Assembly (NCBI GenBank): GCA_963822965.1
Contig: CAWGJT010000005.1
Location: 832,001-896,000, forward strand
Reading direction: 5' to 3'
Length of the DNA: 64,000 nucleotides
Source: an uncultured delta proteobacterium
Lineage (GTDB): Bacteria; Myxococcota_A; UBA9160; UBA4427
Positions within the stretch are counted from its first letter, which is position 1. Every line of letters begins with the position of its first letter. Below the pieces are notes generated by a model. It was not told the origin of the DNA and did no database searches. It saw only the letters and a program-made list of their open reading frames with translations. The translations under genes were made by a program, and so were the position numbers. Shown here piece by piece: positions 20,108 to 30,223 of this stretch.

Positions 20108-22343
20108 TCACGAGTCTCGGGCTCCCGCCGCCTTGCCCACCACCGAGCCCGATCCCACCACGCCTTCCTCGAGCAGGGTGCGCGGGTCGACGCGCATGGC
20201 CGCCCCCGTCGGGCAGGCGTGCACGCAGCCCATGAAGGGAAGGCCGTCGCAGAGATCGCACTTGATGGGATAGCTGGGCGGAACGTGGTGCCCTTCGCCG
20301 GCGGCCGCGGGCTCCTGGGGATCCTCGACCTTCCCGAGGCCGAGCATGCGCTGCAGGAGCCCCTGCTTCTCCGGCGCGCGCCCCGGGTACGGGCGGAAGA
20401 ACACGTGGTCGGGCTGGGCCGCCTGCTTGTTGGCCTGGGCCTCGTCGAACTTGTGGGTCTCGATCATCTGGATGTTGTCGTAGGGGCAGGCGAGCGCGCA
20501 GGCGCCGACGCCCGTGCACAGGTCGTAGTCGATGTAGATCTCGCCCTCGGGCCGGCGTTTGATGGCGCCGGTGGGACACGAGAACATGCACAGCGGGTCG
20601 TCGCAGTGGCGGCACGCCGCGGGCGCCAGGTACTTGCCGAGCTGCACCCCGCGCCGGGTGAGACGGCTCACCCCGTGCAGGTCCTCGCACGCCTCCACGC
20701 ACAGGTCGCACTTCACGCACAGCTCGAGGTCCATGACGAGCAGGGCGTCGGCCTGGATGTACCCCTGCCCCCACTTCTCCAGCTGCCGGGAGAGCTCGGG
20801 ATCGAGGCTCTCGCGGGTGCGCTTGCGATCCTCTTCGAGCTGCCGGAGCCGCTCCACCACCACCGGATGCTGCTCAGCAGCGCCCGGAAGGCCTGCTTGT
20901 CGATCTTCACGATCTCGGCCTTGCCCGCGGTGACGACGCTGGCGCTGCGGGGCGCGTCGTCGAGGATGGCCATCTCGCCGAAGACGTCGCCCGGCCGCAT
21001 GTAGCCCAGGATGCGATCGGGGGCGCCCTCGCGCTTCTTCACCACCTTGAGGAAGCCGTCCCGCACGATCCCGACGATCTCACCCGTCTCGCCCTCGTGG
21101 ATGAGCACGATGCCGGCCTTGTCGTAGAACTCGATCTCGGAGCTCTGCATCAGGTCGCCGATGGCGTCGACGGGAACACCCGCGAGCAGGGGAAGCTGGG
21201 CGGCCATCACGCGCCACGACTCCTCCTTGTGGCGCTCCGCGAGCAGCGCCCGGGCGGCCGCGTTGCGCTCCACGTAGCGGATCTGGTGCCGCGGCAGGCA
21301 CAGCACCTGGGACTCTTCGGTGGCCACGTGGCGCGTGGTGCGGGCAAGGGAGCGCTTCGCCTCCACCAGACCGAAGAAGTCGCCCTTGCGGTGGGTGAGC
21401 AGGGTCTGGCCGCTCTCGGGGTCGAGCGCGTCGATCGAGCCCTTGAGGACCACCCGGAAGTAGGAGTCGAAGCGCTGGGCCTCGCACACCACCTCGCCCG
21501 CCTCGAAGCGCTCGACGTGCAGCTCCTCGTCGCGGCCGTAGGCGGTGAGGAAGAGGGTCCAGTCCTCCTCGCTGAAGGCCTGGAAGAGGGGGGCCTTGGC
21601 GAGCTGGGCCTGGATGACGTCGGCGACCGGCCGCGGTCCCACCGCCGGAAGCATCATCGTGGCCTGGCTGATGCGCGGCGGCTCGGGCGCCCGGCCCACC
21701 TCGCTCGGGATGTGGACGCGCAGCAAGGCGGTGCCGAGACGGATCGCCTGGCCGTCGTAGAGCACGGCGGCCGTGATGCGCTCGGGCGGGTCGCCGACGT
21801 AGACGGCGTTCGTCGCCTTCTGGTCGTTGATCACGTAGCCGGCGCTGGTCTTGGCGACGACCGCATGCAGGCGCGAGACCGTCGGGTCGTCCACCACCAC
21901 GTCGCAGGACGGGTGCCGGCCGATCGTCACGCTCTCCCGGGTGCAGCGCACCTCCCGGGCGGCCGACGGCGGCGCCTCGATGGTGAAGCGCAGGGGCTCG
22001 ACGTCGAGATCGGGGACGGTGTGGTCGAAGAAGATGTAGACGAGGGTGCCGCCGACCCGCAGCACGTCGCCCCCGCGCAGGATCGCCGAGGTGATGGGCC
22101 GATCGGCGTCGCCGAGACGGGTGCCGTTGCGGCTCCCCAGGTCCTCGGCCACCCAGTCCGGGCCCTCTCGGTGGATGCGAACGTGCTGCCGGCTGGCGAC
22201 CGGATCGTCGATCTGGAGATCGCAGGATTCGTCGCGACCGATGGTCACCGGGCCGTGGCCGCGATACTCCGGACCATCGTCGCCGATGCGGATCACGATC
22301 ACCGGTTCCGCCGCCCCCCGACCTGGATCACGGTCTCGCTCAC
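20108..22343 (-). CDS. FHA-FHA-cNMP-cNMP-4Fe-4S (DmsB/NrfC-like) multidomain protein (frameshift ~20865)
   Basis: Two FHA; two cNMP domains ('GDFFGLVE', 'GDVFGEMAILDDAPRSASV'); Cys groups CVKCDLCVEAC, CRHCDDPLCMFSCP, CTGVGACALACP, CDLC..CVHACP. Start is 22302, or 22343 if a G-run indel is corrected. Confidence 0.82.
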
Positions 22344-22389
22344 AGCAGCCACTGTCTCACAATTCAGGCCACGAGGCTAGGCCGAAGCG

Positions 22390-22442
22390 CTAGAGCTCAT
22401 CTCATAAACCCGCTCGGTCGGGGTTTGTGAGATGGGCTCTAG
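22390..22442. repeat. 22-bp inverted repeat bounded by CTAG (hairpin or mini IS remnant)
   Basis: CTAGAGCTCATCTCATAAACCC-N9-GGGTTTGTGAGATGGGCTCTAG, two mismatches. Confidence 0.75.
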
Positions 22443-23968
22443 GCGATGGGTCCCGTGGCGCGGAAGGTGACGATCCCCTCATGGTCGAGGGTGCCGGCGG
22501 GCTCGAAGGGCAGACCTTCCGGCAGGGCTCGCAACGTGGCCTCGGAGACGAGCAGCCCGTTCACGTCGGCCGCCTTCTGCAGGTGCCCCGCCGTGTCGAG
22601 CACGTGGCTGTAGGCGACGCCCCGGGCGCGGTCCACCAGCGAGCGACCGGTGTGGATGCCGATGCGGAAGCGGAAGGGAGACGCGAGCACGTTCTGCTTC
22701 GCGTTGAACTCGTCCAGACGGTGGAGGATGGCGCTCGCCGAGCGGACGGCGTCGTGGGTGGATTCGAAGAAGCACATCAGCTCGTCGCCGTTGCTGTTCA
22801 GCACCTGGCCGCCGAACTCGTCGATCACGCTCTCGACGAAGGAGCGGAAGCGTTCGAAGGAGACGATGATGTGCGCCGGTCGGTCGGCCTCGGCCTTCAT
22901 CTTGTACGAGCCCACCACGTCGATGTCGACGAAGCTGCCCTCGACGGAGAACTCCTCCTCGATCAAGCGGTCGTGCTCGAGCTTCTGCTCCATGAACTGC
23001 CGCAGGCTGGGGGTCGCCGGGGCCTTCGGGCCGGCGGACGGGTCCGGGCGCGCGGCGGGCGGAACCGTCGGCTCGAGGGTGGGCCGGGACGACTGCGGCG
23101 GCAGGGTCGGCCGGTCCTCGGTGGAGGTGGGCGTCGGCCCGAGCTGCACCCGGAGCACCACCTGATCGGCCAGCTGGATCTCGTCGCCCTCTCGCAGACG
23201 CCGCTCGCCGGTGACCCGCGCGCCGGCGACGCAGGTCGAGTTGGTGCCCGAGAGATGCACCAGGACCAGCTCGGCATCCCGCCACTCGAAGCGGACGTGT
23301 TGGCGGGAGATGCCGGGCTCAGGAAGCGTCACGTCGCATTGCGAGCTGCGTCCCACCACCGTCGAGTCGACGCGCAGCGGGAAGCTCTCGTTCTCGAGCC
23401 CGGGGATGCCCCGCACCAGCAGGAGCCGCCCGCGCGACTCCACCAGGGTGGTCTGGGTCGCGGCGCCCTCGCCCCGGGCCATCACGGCGGTTTCCTGGGC
23501 GGCTTCGCCCCGGGACTCCGCGATCCGGGCCCTCACGTTCGCCACGTCGGCGATGGGCTCGGTCTCCGCGTCGCGCAGGGAGAAGAGACCCGAGAGCGCA
23601 ATTCCCTTCCGCTGGCGCACCTCGATCTTCTCGAGCCCCATCTGGATGTGGTCCCCCGGCCGGATGCGCTCCTTCCGGATCCGGCGGCCGTTGAGCAGCG
23701 TGGCGTTCGTGGCCTCGGGGTTGTGCTCGATGACGTGGGTGCCGTCCTGGACGCGGATCGTGGCCTGGTGGGCGGACACGGACGTGTCGTGCAGGAGGAT
23801 CGTGCCGGTCTGGCCGGTCTGCGGCTTGCCGCGACCGATGCGGACCTCGGGGCCGTCGACGGTGAACTGCTGGCCGGCGTCCTCCCCTTCGAGGACCATC
23901 AGCTCGAGGACGGTCTTCGGCGCGTCCGCCTGCTGCTTTCGTCCGAATGAGGGCAGCCACTTTGCCAA
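22439..23968 (-). CDS. FHA-FHA class III (adenylate/guanylate-type) nucleotide cyclase
   Basis: Two FHA domains; cyclase motifs 'IDVVGS', 'NGDELMCFF', 'FRIGIHTG'; probable TTG start at 23968. Confidence 0.82.
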   Translation of the reverse strand: MAKWLPSFGRKQQADAPKTVLELMVLEGEDAGQQFTVDGPEVRIGRGKPQTGQTGTILLHDTSVSAHQATIRVQDGTHVIEHNPEATNATLLNGRRIRKERIRPGDHIQMGLEKIEVRQRKGIALSGLFSLRDAETEPIADVANVRARIAESRGEAAQETAVMARGEGAATQTTLVESRGRLLLVRGIPGLENESFPLRVDSTVVGRSSQCDVTLPEPGISRQHVRFEWRDAELVLVHLSGTNSTCVAGARVTGERRLREGDEIQLADQVVLRVQLGPTPTSTEDRPTLPPQSSRPTLEPTVPPAARPDPSAGPKAPATPSLRQFMEQKLEHDRLIEEEFSVEGSFVDIDVVGSYKMKAEADRPAHIIVSFERFRSFVESVIDEFGGQVLNSNGDELMCFFESTHDAVRSASAILHRLDEFNAKQNVLASPFRFRIGIHTGRSLVDRARGVAYSHVLDTAGHLQKAADVNGLLVSEATLRALPEGLPFEPAGTLDHEGIVTFRATGPIA

Positions 23969-24149
23969 GGTCGGGGCCCTGCTCTCGTGCGTCTCGGGTT
24001 CAGCCGTCGTGCGCGGCGGTTCGTCCGACCGCCACCGCGGGCGGGACGCGGGCAGGCGCCCTCCCCGCTCGGCCGGCACCCATTCTATCCCAAAGCGCGC
24101 GCGAGACCGGTCTCCCGGGCAGGGGCCGGCGGTGCCTCGTCGCCCGCCG

Positions 24150-26591
24150 TCAGTTCAGCGGATCGCAGCTCGTCGCGGCACCGCCCGGCCGCTCGTACGG
24201 AATCCCCGCGTCGCACAGGCCGTCGCAGAAGTTCTCCACCTGGCCCCCAGGCTGCAGGAACGCCGCCAGCTGGTCGAGAGAGGCCGGAATCGTGAGGCGC
24301 TGCGCGTGGGGATCGCACTTGCTGCTGGGGATGCGGTTGTCCAGGGGCGGGATGAGCGGCCCGCTGCCCACGGTCTGGTACATCGCCGGGTTGAAGATGT
24401 CGTAGGAGCCCGTGTCGTAGACCACCAGGGCCGAATCCAGGGGTCCGTCCGCGTCGGGGATGCCCGGAAACCCCTGCTGGACCGAGGCCGTCAGGTTCGG
24501 GATGCCGAGGGAGCGCACCATGATCTCGGTGGCCTGGTTCGAGACCTGCTTGTCGAGCCAGGCCATGGTCACGAGCATGTGCTTCGCATTCGTGCCGGGG
24601 AGCGGATCGCTGGTGATGTGCCGGATGTAGCCCGCCGGCTCGCTCCGCACCCACACCTCGTGGTTCAGGGAGAGGGTCAGCAGGGTCTGGAGCGGATCGG
24701 TCACGCCGACTCCGGCCAGCAGCTGCTCGAAGGCGCCGAACTGGGTCGAGCGCTGCAGCAGCATGCCGAAGTTCATGGCCGGCACGTCCACGTTCAGCCG
24801 CTCGACGTCGGGGGTGAGCGCCGCGAACCACGTCCCCATGATGCCGCCGAGGCTGATGCCGTAGTAGAACATCTCGACGTCGGGGCCCTGGAAGACCCCG
24901 AAGCCTCCGGGCGCCTGGAAGGCCGGGTCCACGTTGAACACCCCGTCCTTCATCATGCGCGCCAGCAGGACGGTGTTGATCTGCCCCTGCTTCAGCCGGT
25001 CGGGCAGCGCCGGGAAGTTCTCGAACTGGTTCCCGGTGGCCGCGGTGCCCACCACCTTGTTGATCACGAAGGGGAGATCCGGGCTCGACAGGCCGCGCCA
25101 GTTGGTCGCGCCCACGATCACGTCGACGTCGAGACCGAGGCCGTCGGCGAAGCCCGTCACCATGCCGTCCCCGGTGCCGAAGAGGCCGTGCCCGAGCACC
25201 ACCGGGTGCACCACGGGTCCCGCGGGCTCGATGGCCGCGCACGGGATGCCGATGGAGAAGGGCGGGTTCGTCACCCCGTTCTGCACGGGGTCGTCGTTCG
25301 CGTCCACGTCGAGCACGCCCACGCTCTGGCTGTCGACTTCGGGATCCTCGGTGAGGAAGAGGGGCACCTGGTAGGTCCCGCGCACGATCCGCCACAGGCC
25401 CATGCCATCGTCGCACGCGCCCGCCACCTCCTCGATGCTGTCCACCGTGAAGGTCTGCTGCCCCAGGCCCACCTGGGTGTCGAGCCACGCGAAGGCCATG
25501 TCGCGCATCGAGAGAGCGTGGTGGGTGAGCCCTTCGTCGCTCTGCACCTGGAAATCCCAGGCGAGGATCAGGTCGTCGCGCGGGACGCCGGCGGATTCGA
25601 GCACGGGAAAGATCTCGTCCTCGAAGTACCGCTGCCGAGCCGGCAGCCCCGGGATCGCCGTGAGCCGTCGATCGCGGATGGCCGCGAAGGGTCCCTCCGG
25701 CTCGACCGGCGCGCCGCCGGGATGGACGAGGTGGCGCACCGCCACGATGTAGCGCTCACCGGGGACGAGGCTCTGGCCGGGCCGCATGATGAGCGCCTGC
25801 CGGGCGGGGTTGCCGTTGGCGCGGGCGTCGAGCTCGACGAAGTGGAGCACGTGCTCGCCCGTCGACGCCCGGACGAGCACCGTCGGACTGTCGGCGTCGA
25901 GAGAGCGCTCGTCGGTCATGCGGATACCCACGTAGGGGGGAGGCGTCGGGTTCGAGATGACCGGCGGCAGCAGCCGCGGGGCGTCCGAGGCCAGAACGTC
26001 GACGCCGCCGGGGAAGTGCATCTGGATCGACACCGTCGGCGCGAAGCCGTCGAGGACGCGGAACTGCGTCGCCGTGGGCGGCGTGCCGACCAGCCCCGGA
26101 AAGGCGAGCGCCGAGTCCGGAAACTCGATGTGCAGGCCCGAGGGCTTGCTCGGGTCGGGTACCAGGAAGCGGGATGACGGGTACGGATAGAGACAGTCGA
26201 CGTTGTTCAAGACCTCGCACTGCTCGGGGTTCTCGAGGTCGACGCTCTGGAACGAGCGCGTGAGCTGCGCGCTGCCGCCGCCGGCGAGATCCACCGTCGC
26301 CACCAGGTCGTGCCAGCCTTCGGTGGCCACCGTGATCGGGCCCGTCGAGACGCTGCCGTGGGTGACTAGCTGGCCGGTCACGTCGTCGCCGTCGAGGGTG
26401 ACCGTGAGCGTGCTGGCGACCGGCGTCCCGGGCACGACGATGCGCACCGCGACGTCCCCGACGAGGGTCAGCTCCTGGGGGAACGGCCGCATCACGATGA
26501 TTTCCGGGGCGTACTCCGGCGGGCATCCGTTGCCGAGGAAGGCGACGGCGAGCAGCAGGCAGGCAAGGACGAGGTGGCGGCGGTGAAGCAT
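24150..26591 (-). CDS. Secreted/lipoprotein alpha/beta-hydrolase-fold protein
   Basis: Signal 'LLLAVAFLGNGC'; 'LGHGLFG' oxyanion region; 'YYGISLGG' nucleophile elbow; C-terminal 'DPH'. Confidence 0.7.
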   Translation of the reverse strand: MLHRRHLVLACLLLAVAFLGNGCPPEYAPEIIVMRPFPQELTLVGDVAVRIVVPGTPVASTLTVTLDGDDVTGQLVTHGSVSTGPITVATEGWHDLVATVDLAGGGSAQLTRSFQSVDLENPEQCEVLNNVDCLYPYPSSRFLVPDPSKPSGLHIEFPDSALAFPGLVGTPPTATQFRVLDGFAPTVSIQMHFPGGVDVLASDAPRLLPPVISNPTPPPYVGIRMTDERSLDADSPTVLVRASTGEHVLHFVELDARANGNPARQALIMRPGQSLVPGERYIVAVRHLVHPGGAPVEPEGPFAAIRDRRLTAIPGLPARQRYFEDEIFPVLESAGVPRDDLILAWDFQVQSDEGLTHHALSMRDMAFAWLDTQVGLGQQTFTVDSIEEVAGACDDGMGLWRIVRGTYQVPLFLTEDPEVDSQSVGVLDVDANDDPVQNGVTNPPFSIGIPCAAIEPAGPVVHPVVLGHGLFGTGDGMVTGFADGLGLDVDVIVGATNWRGLSSPDLPFVINKVVGTAATGNQFENFPALPDRLKQGQINTVLLARMMKDGVFNVDPAFQAPGGFGVFQGPDVEMFYYGISLGGIMGTWFAALTPDVERLNVDVPAMNFGMLLQRSTQFGAFEQLLAGVGVTDPLQTLLTLSLNHEVWVRSEPAGYIRHITSDPLPGTNAKHMLVTMAWLDKQVSNQATEIMVRSLGIPNLTASVQQGFPGIPDADGPLDSALVVYDTGSYDIFNPAMYQTVGSGPLIPPLDNRIPSSKCDPHAQRLTIPASLDQLAAFLQPGGQVENFCDGLCDAGIPYERPGGAATSCDPLN

Positions 26592-26694
26592 GGCGGCGGG
26601 GCTCCTGGAGCGGCTGGGAGATCTGCAGGCGGCGTGTGGCCCGTGACCCACCATCCTACTACGACCGGGCGCCGAAGCGGTGGGCCGCGGGTCG

Positions 26695-27135
26695 TCAATC
26701 GCCTTCGCCGCGCACCGGGCCGCGGGTCTTCTTCACGCTGCCCCGCCGGGTCTTCTGCTCCAGGCGTCGGGTACGGGAGGCGCGGGTGGGGGCGGTGGGC
26801 CGACGCGGCCGGGGCCGGGCCAGCGCGGCCGCCACGATCTCGGCCAGCCGCTCGCGCGCCAGCTCGCGATTGCGGGCACGGCTACGGGTGTTGTCGCAGT
26901 GGACGACGAGATCGCCCCCGCGCGAGAGCCGCGACGCCAGCTTCTCCTCGAGCCGCCGGCGCTGACTCCCGGTCAGGCATTCGCTGCCGGGAACGTTCCA
27001 GCGCAGGCTCACCCGGGTGCTGGTCTTGTTGACGTGCTGCCCGCCGGGACCGCTCGAGCGCGACGCCTCCTCGCGGATCTCTCCGGCCGCGATCACGAGC
27101 CGTCCCGAGACCGGCAGATCCTCGCGCGGGCTCAT
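26695..27135 (-). CDS. arfB: Alternative ribosome rescue peptidyl-tRNA hydrolase ArfB
   Basis: 'RSSGPGGQHVNKTSTRV' GGQ motif and basic tail 'RRLEQKTRRGSVKKTR'. Confidence 0.92.
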   Translation of the reverse strand: MSPREDLPVSGRLVIAAGEIREEASRSSGPGGQHVNKTSTRVSLRWNVPGSECLTGSQRRRLEEKLASRLSRGGDLVVHCDNTRSRARNRELARERLAEIVAAALARPRPRRPTAPTRASRTRRLEQKTRRGSVKKTRGPVRGEGD

Positions 27136-27476
27136 TCCCCGGGCGCTTCGGCACCCGGCTCCGGGAAGACCGACTCCCGCGCGAGCTCGCACACCTGCAG
27201 GCGATACTCGCTGTAGTAGCGCTCGCGGCCCATCTGCTGGGCGCGCTGGTGCTCCGGGTGCTTGCGCCAGGCCTCGCTGGCCGCCAACGACGTGAACTCC
27301 ACCACCGCCAGCCGCCAGCCGTCCGCCCCCGCGAACATGTCGATGGACACGAAGCCCGGCATCGTGCGCGCCAGCGCCTCGATCCGAGCCGCGTGCGCCT
27401 CGTAGCCGTCCTCCTCGGCGCCCGGCCGCAGCCGGGACCGGAAGACCGTGACCGCGTGGCGCCCGGTGACCGGCAT
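27132..27476 (-). CDS. Antibiotic biosynthesis monooxygenase family protein
   Basis: 'MPGFVS' and 'WRKHPEHQRAQQMGRERYYSEY' ABM pattern. Confidence 0.85.
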   Translation of the reverse strand: MPVTGRHAVTVFRSRLRPGAEEDGYEAHAARIEALARTMPGFVSIDMFAGADGWRLAVVEFTSLAASEAWRKHPEHQRAQQMGRERYYSEYRLQVCELARESVFPEPGAEAPGE

Positions 27477-27517
27477 CGCTTTCCTCTCGACTTCCTTCGC
27501 GCCGCTCGCGCGCCGCC

Positions 27518-29073
27518 TCAGCGTGGCATGGTGGTGACCGTCAGCAGCGACTCGGCCATGGCTTCCTTCTTCTTCCGCTTGATGCCTCGGGTCTTCACGA
27601 TCTGCGCGAGGCCGTTCGAGACGACCTCGTAGTCCTCACCCGCGATCATGCGGTGCTCGGTGGGGAGCGGATCGGGCTTGCTCGCGAAGGCCGTGGCGTG
27701 GATGTGCTCCACCCCGAAGGGGGGCACGATCTCGAAGCTGTCGGGATAGGTGAGCACCTGGTTCACCTTCGAGGCGTCCACGTACCAGGCGTCCGCGATG
27801 GGAACCTGCTCGCCGCTCTGCAGCACGTAGATGAAGCGCACCCAGGCGGGCTGGTTCACCCGGTAGTGAACCGTGAGCTGATCGTTCTCCGAGTAGACGA
27901 CGCCCCGGCGCCCGCGGTCGGTCCACACCTCCACCTGCAGGTCGCCCGAGACGAGCTCGCCTTCGGCGAGGATCTTCTGGTCGCGCAGGGCCGACTCGAA
28001 GTTGGCGGGCTTGAGGGAGACGCCGGCCGGCAGGGCGCGGCGGGGCAGCGTCGTCTCGGCGCTCGCCACGAGCCGACCGCTCTCGGTGTCGCGCACGGTG
28101 GCGGTGATGCGGACCTCGTTCTCGCGTTCGAGGTACACCCCGCGCACGACGCGGTCGCCCGCGGCCCCCGACGCCGTGCCGCCCCGGGCCAGGACGCTCT
28201 CGAGCTCGACGCCCGCCTGCCGGCCGAACGTGCTCGAGAGGTCGGTGGTGCCGTAGGTGAAGGGCGCCACGGTGAGCTGTCCGGCCGCGACCGCCTTCTG
28301 CCGGCGGAGCTGGATGCCCAGCCGCTCGATCGCCTCGCTCAGGCTCGAGGCCGGCTTGTGGAGGATCGAGCGGACCTTCTCGTCGACGGTGCCGTTGGCG
28401 GCCACCAGCTCGCGATAGAGGGCGTCGTCCGCCGGCCCCGAAGGCCCCAGCACCCGCGCCACGGAATCGTGCTCGAGCGACTCGGCGATGGCGCCCCGAC
28501 AGCTCTCGTAGGTGGCGATGGCGTCGGACTCGCGCCCGGCCTGCTCGTGGCGGGCGCCGGCGGCCAGGCACTCGCGCACCTCGGCGAGGGAGCGCTCGCG
28601 CAGGGACCGTCGCTCGGCCAGGGCGCGCCCGCGCTCGAGGTATGCCAGCGCGTAGCTGCGCGTCGCCTCGGGATACACCTCGTAGTCGAGCCCCGATAGC
28701 TGGATGTCGCTCGTCGCGTTGACGATGGAGGCGACCTCGTAGCTGTCCTGGCCGTTCCGGCTCTCGGTCACGTCGCGCAGGCTCGCCTGGATCCGCACCG
28801 AGATCTTGCGCGAGAGGGCGGCCGCGGCCTGCTGCTTGGCGGACTCGATCCCGCCCTGGGCCGGCGCGAGCTCCACCATCGCGAAACCCGTGATGTAGCG
28901 GGCGTCCGGGTAGCGCGGAGTTTTCCCCCGGATCCCAGCCAGTCCGGAGGCGCGGGCGGGGCCTCCGGCCGGGGCGAGCCGCCGCCCGCACATCCCGCGA
29001 GCGAGGCGAGACCCGCCGCCAGCAGCAGGGCGGCGGCAGGACGAAGGCTCTGGACAGCATGACGCGGCGGCAC
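27518..29073 (-). CDS. Lipoprotein with LPP20-like N-terminus and DUF4384-like C-terminal domain (frameshift ~28935)
   Basis: Lipobox 'ASLAGC' and 'PPDW' in ORF 28768-29073, continuing into ORF 27518-28993; C-terminal 'VEVWTDRG..VY...PPFGVEHI'. Confidence 0.65.
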
Positions 29074-29582
29074 CGTGGCTTCTCTCCTTGCTGCTTCCTT
29101 TTACGTCCGTCGCCGTCCAGCCATCTCTGAACCGCGATCGCCCGTGGATCCCGATCGCGCGGACCGCGGCCGGAGTCTAGCCACGCACTCCGGTCTCGCT
29201 GCCTCCCATCGCCCTCGGCCGGAAGCGGGCGAGGGAGTGGGTGGCTCGGCCGGGGTCATCGGTTCCTCGCGGCGGCGTCTCTGCGCGGCGACCCGGCCGC
29301 TCGCTGCGGACGAGGAACCCCCTCGTCGACCGGGGACACTACTGGGCTACGGTGTGGGACCCGAACAGGCCGAGCGAGCCCACTGGTGCACGCAAGGCGA
29401 CCGACGCAGGACGCGTCGCGAACCGTGAGAGTCATTCCGCTGCCGTTGAAACCGTTGCGAGAGCCTCTTGTGGGGCTGTGCGCAAGAAGAGGCGAAAGCC
29501 AGAAGACAGTCGGGTCGACACTCCAACCCAGGGCCGGGGCTCTCGAAGGAGCACGAAACCCAAGCCCGCTCGGAGGCACAAG

Positions 29583-30206
29583 ATGCGAACCTCATTCGAC
29601 CGTTCCCGCGCGACCCTCGCCGTCGCCCTCCTCTTCGTCCTCGGCTCGTTCGCCTGCGCGAGCGAGCCGGAGCAGACGCCCGAAGAGAAGCTCGGCCCGA
29701 TGGCCGGCGAGCTCGCCAATGCGCCCGACTGGGTGACCCGGGGCTGCAGCGCCTTCTGGGGTGACGAGGACGCCAACCCCTCGAAGCTCTGCGGCGTAGG
29801 CAGCGCGGGCGGCTCCCGCAACCACTCGCTGATGATCACCGCCGCCGAAGGGCGCGGGCGGACCGCCATCGCGCGCTCGCTCGACCTGCACGTCAAGGCG
29901 ATGCTGAAGGACTACCAGGCCACCACCACCGGCGGCGAGGAGTACGGCACCAACGCCGCCGACGAGCAGCACATCGTCGACGTGAGCAAGCAGCTCACCG
30001 ACATCGACCTCGTGGGCGTCGAGCGCCAGGACATGTGGATTTCGCCCTCGGGCCAGGTCTACGTGCTGATGGTGTACGACTCGGAGAAGTTCTCGGACGC
30101 CGTGAGCGGCATGAAGAACCTCTCCGAGAACATCCGCAAGGCCGTGATCGAGCGGGCGAACGCCTCGTTCAAGGAGCTCGACGAGGAGCTGGAGAAGAAC
30201 CAGTAG
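29583..30206 (+). CDS. LPP20-family lipoprotein
   Basis: Lipobox 'SFAC'; 'APDWV', 'AEGRGRTAIA', 'MWISPSGQVYVLM'; GGAGG RBS. Confidence 0.75.
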   Translation: MRTSFDRSRATLAVALLFVLGSFACASEPEQTPEEKLGPMAGELANAPDWVTRGCSAFWGDEDANPSKLCGVGSAGGSRNHSLMITAAEGRGRTAIARSLDLHVKAMLKDYQATTTGGEEYGTNAADEQHIVDVSKQLTDIDLVGVERQDMWISPSGQVYVLMVYDSEKFSDAVSGMKNLSENIRKAVIERANASFKELDEELEKNQ

Positions 30207-30223
30207 CCGACTCGCGGTCGCCG

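Noticed and set aside
20108..23968. Pycsar/CBASS defence operon (cyclase plus cNMP-binding protein)
   Set aside because: The cNMP protein carries FeS and FHA domains rather than a TIR or TM toxin effector, and the context is redox genes.
23211..26177. Long alternative-frame ORFs (e.g. 23211-26177, 12341-14500, 44233-46224, 58654-61080)
   Set aside because: Antisense or shifted shadows of motif-bearing genes, expected at high GC; Arg/Pro/Ala-rich with no domains.
29075..29580. Riboswitch or ncRNA in the long divergent intergenic regions (also 14552-15080)
   Set aside because: No recognisable consensus by eye; an Rfam/Infernal scan would be needed.
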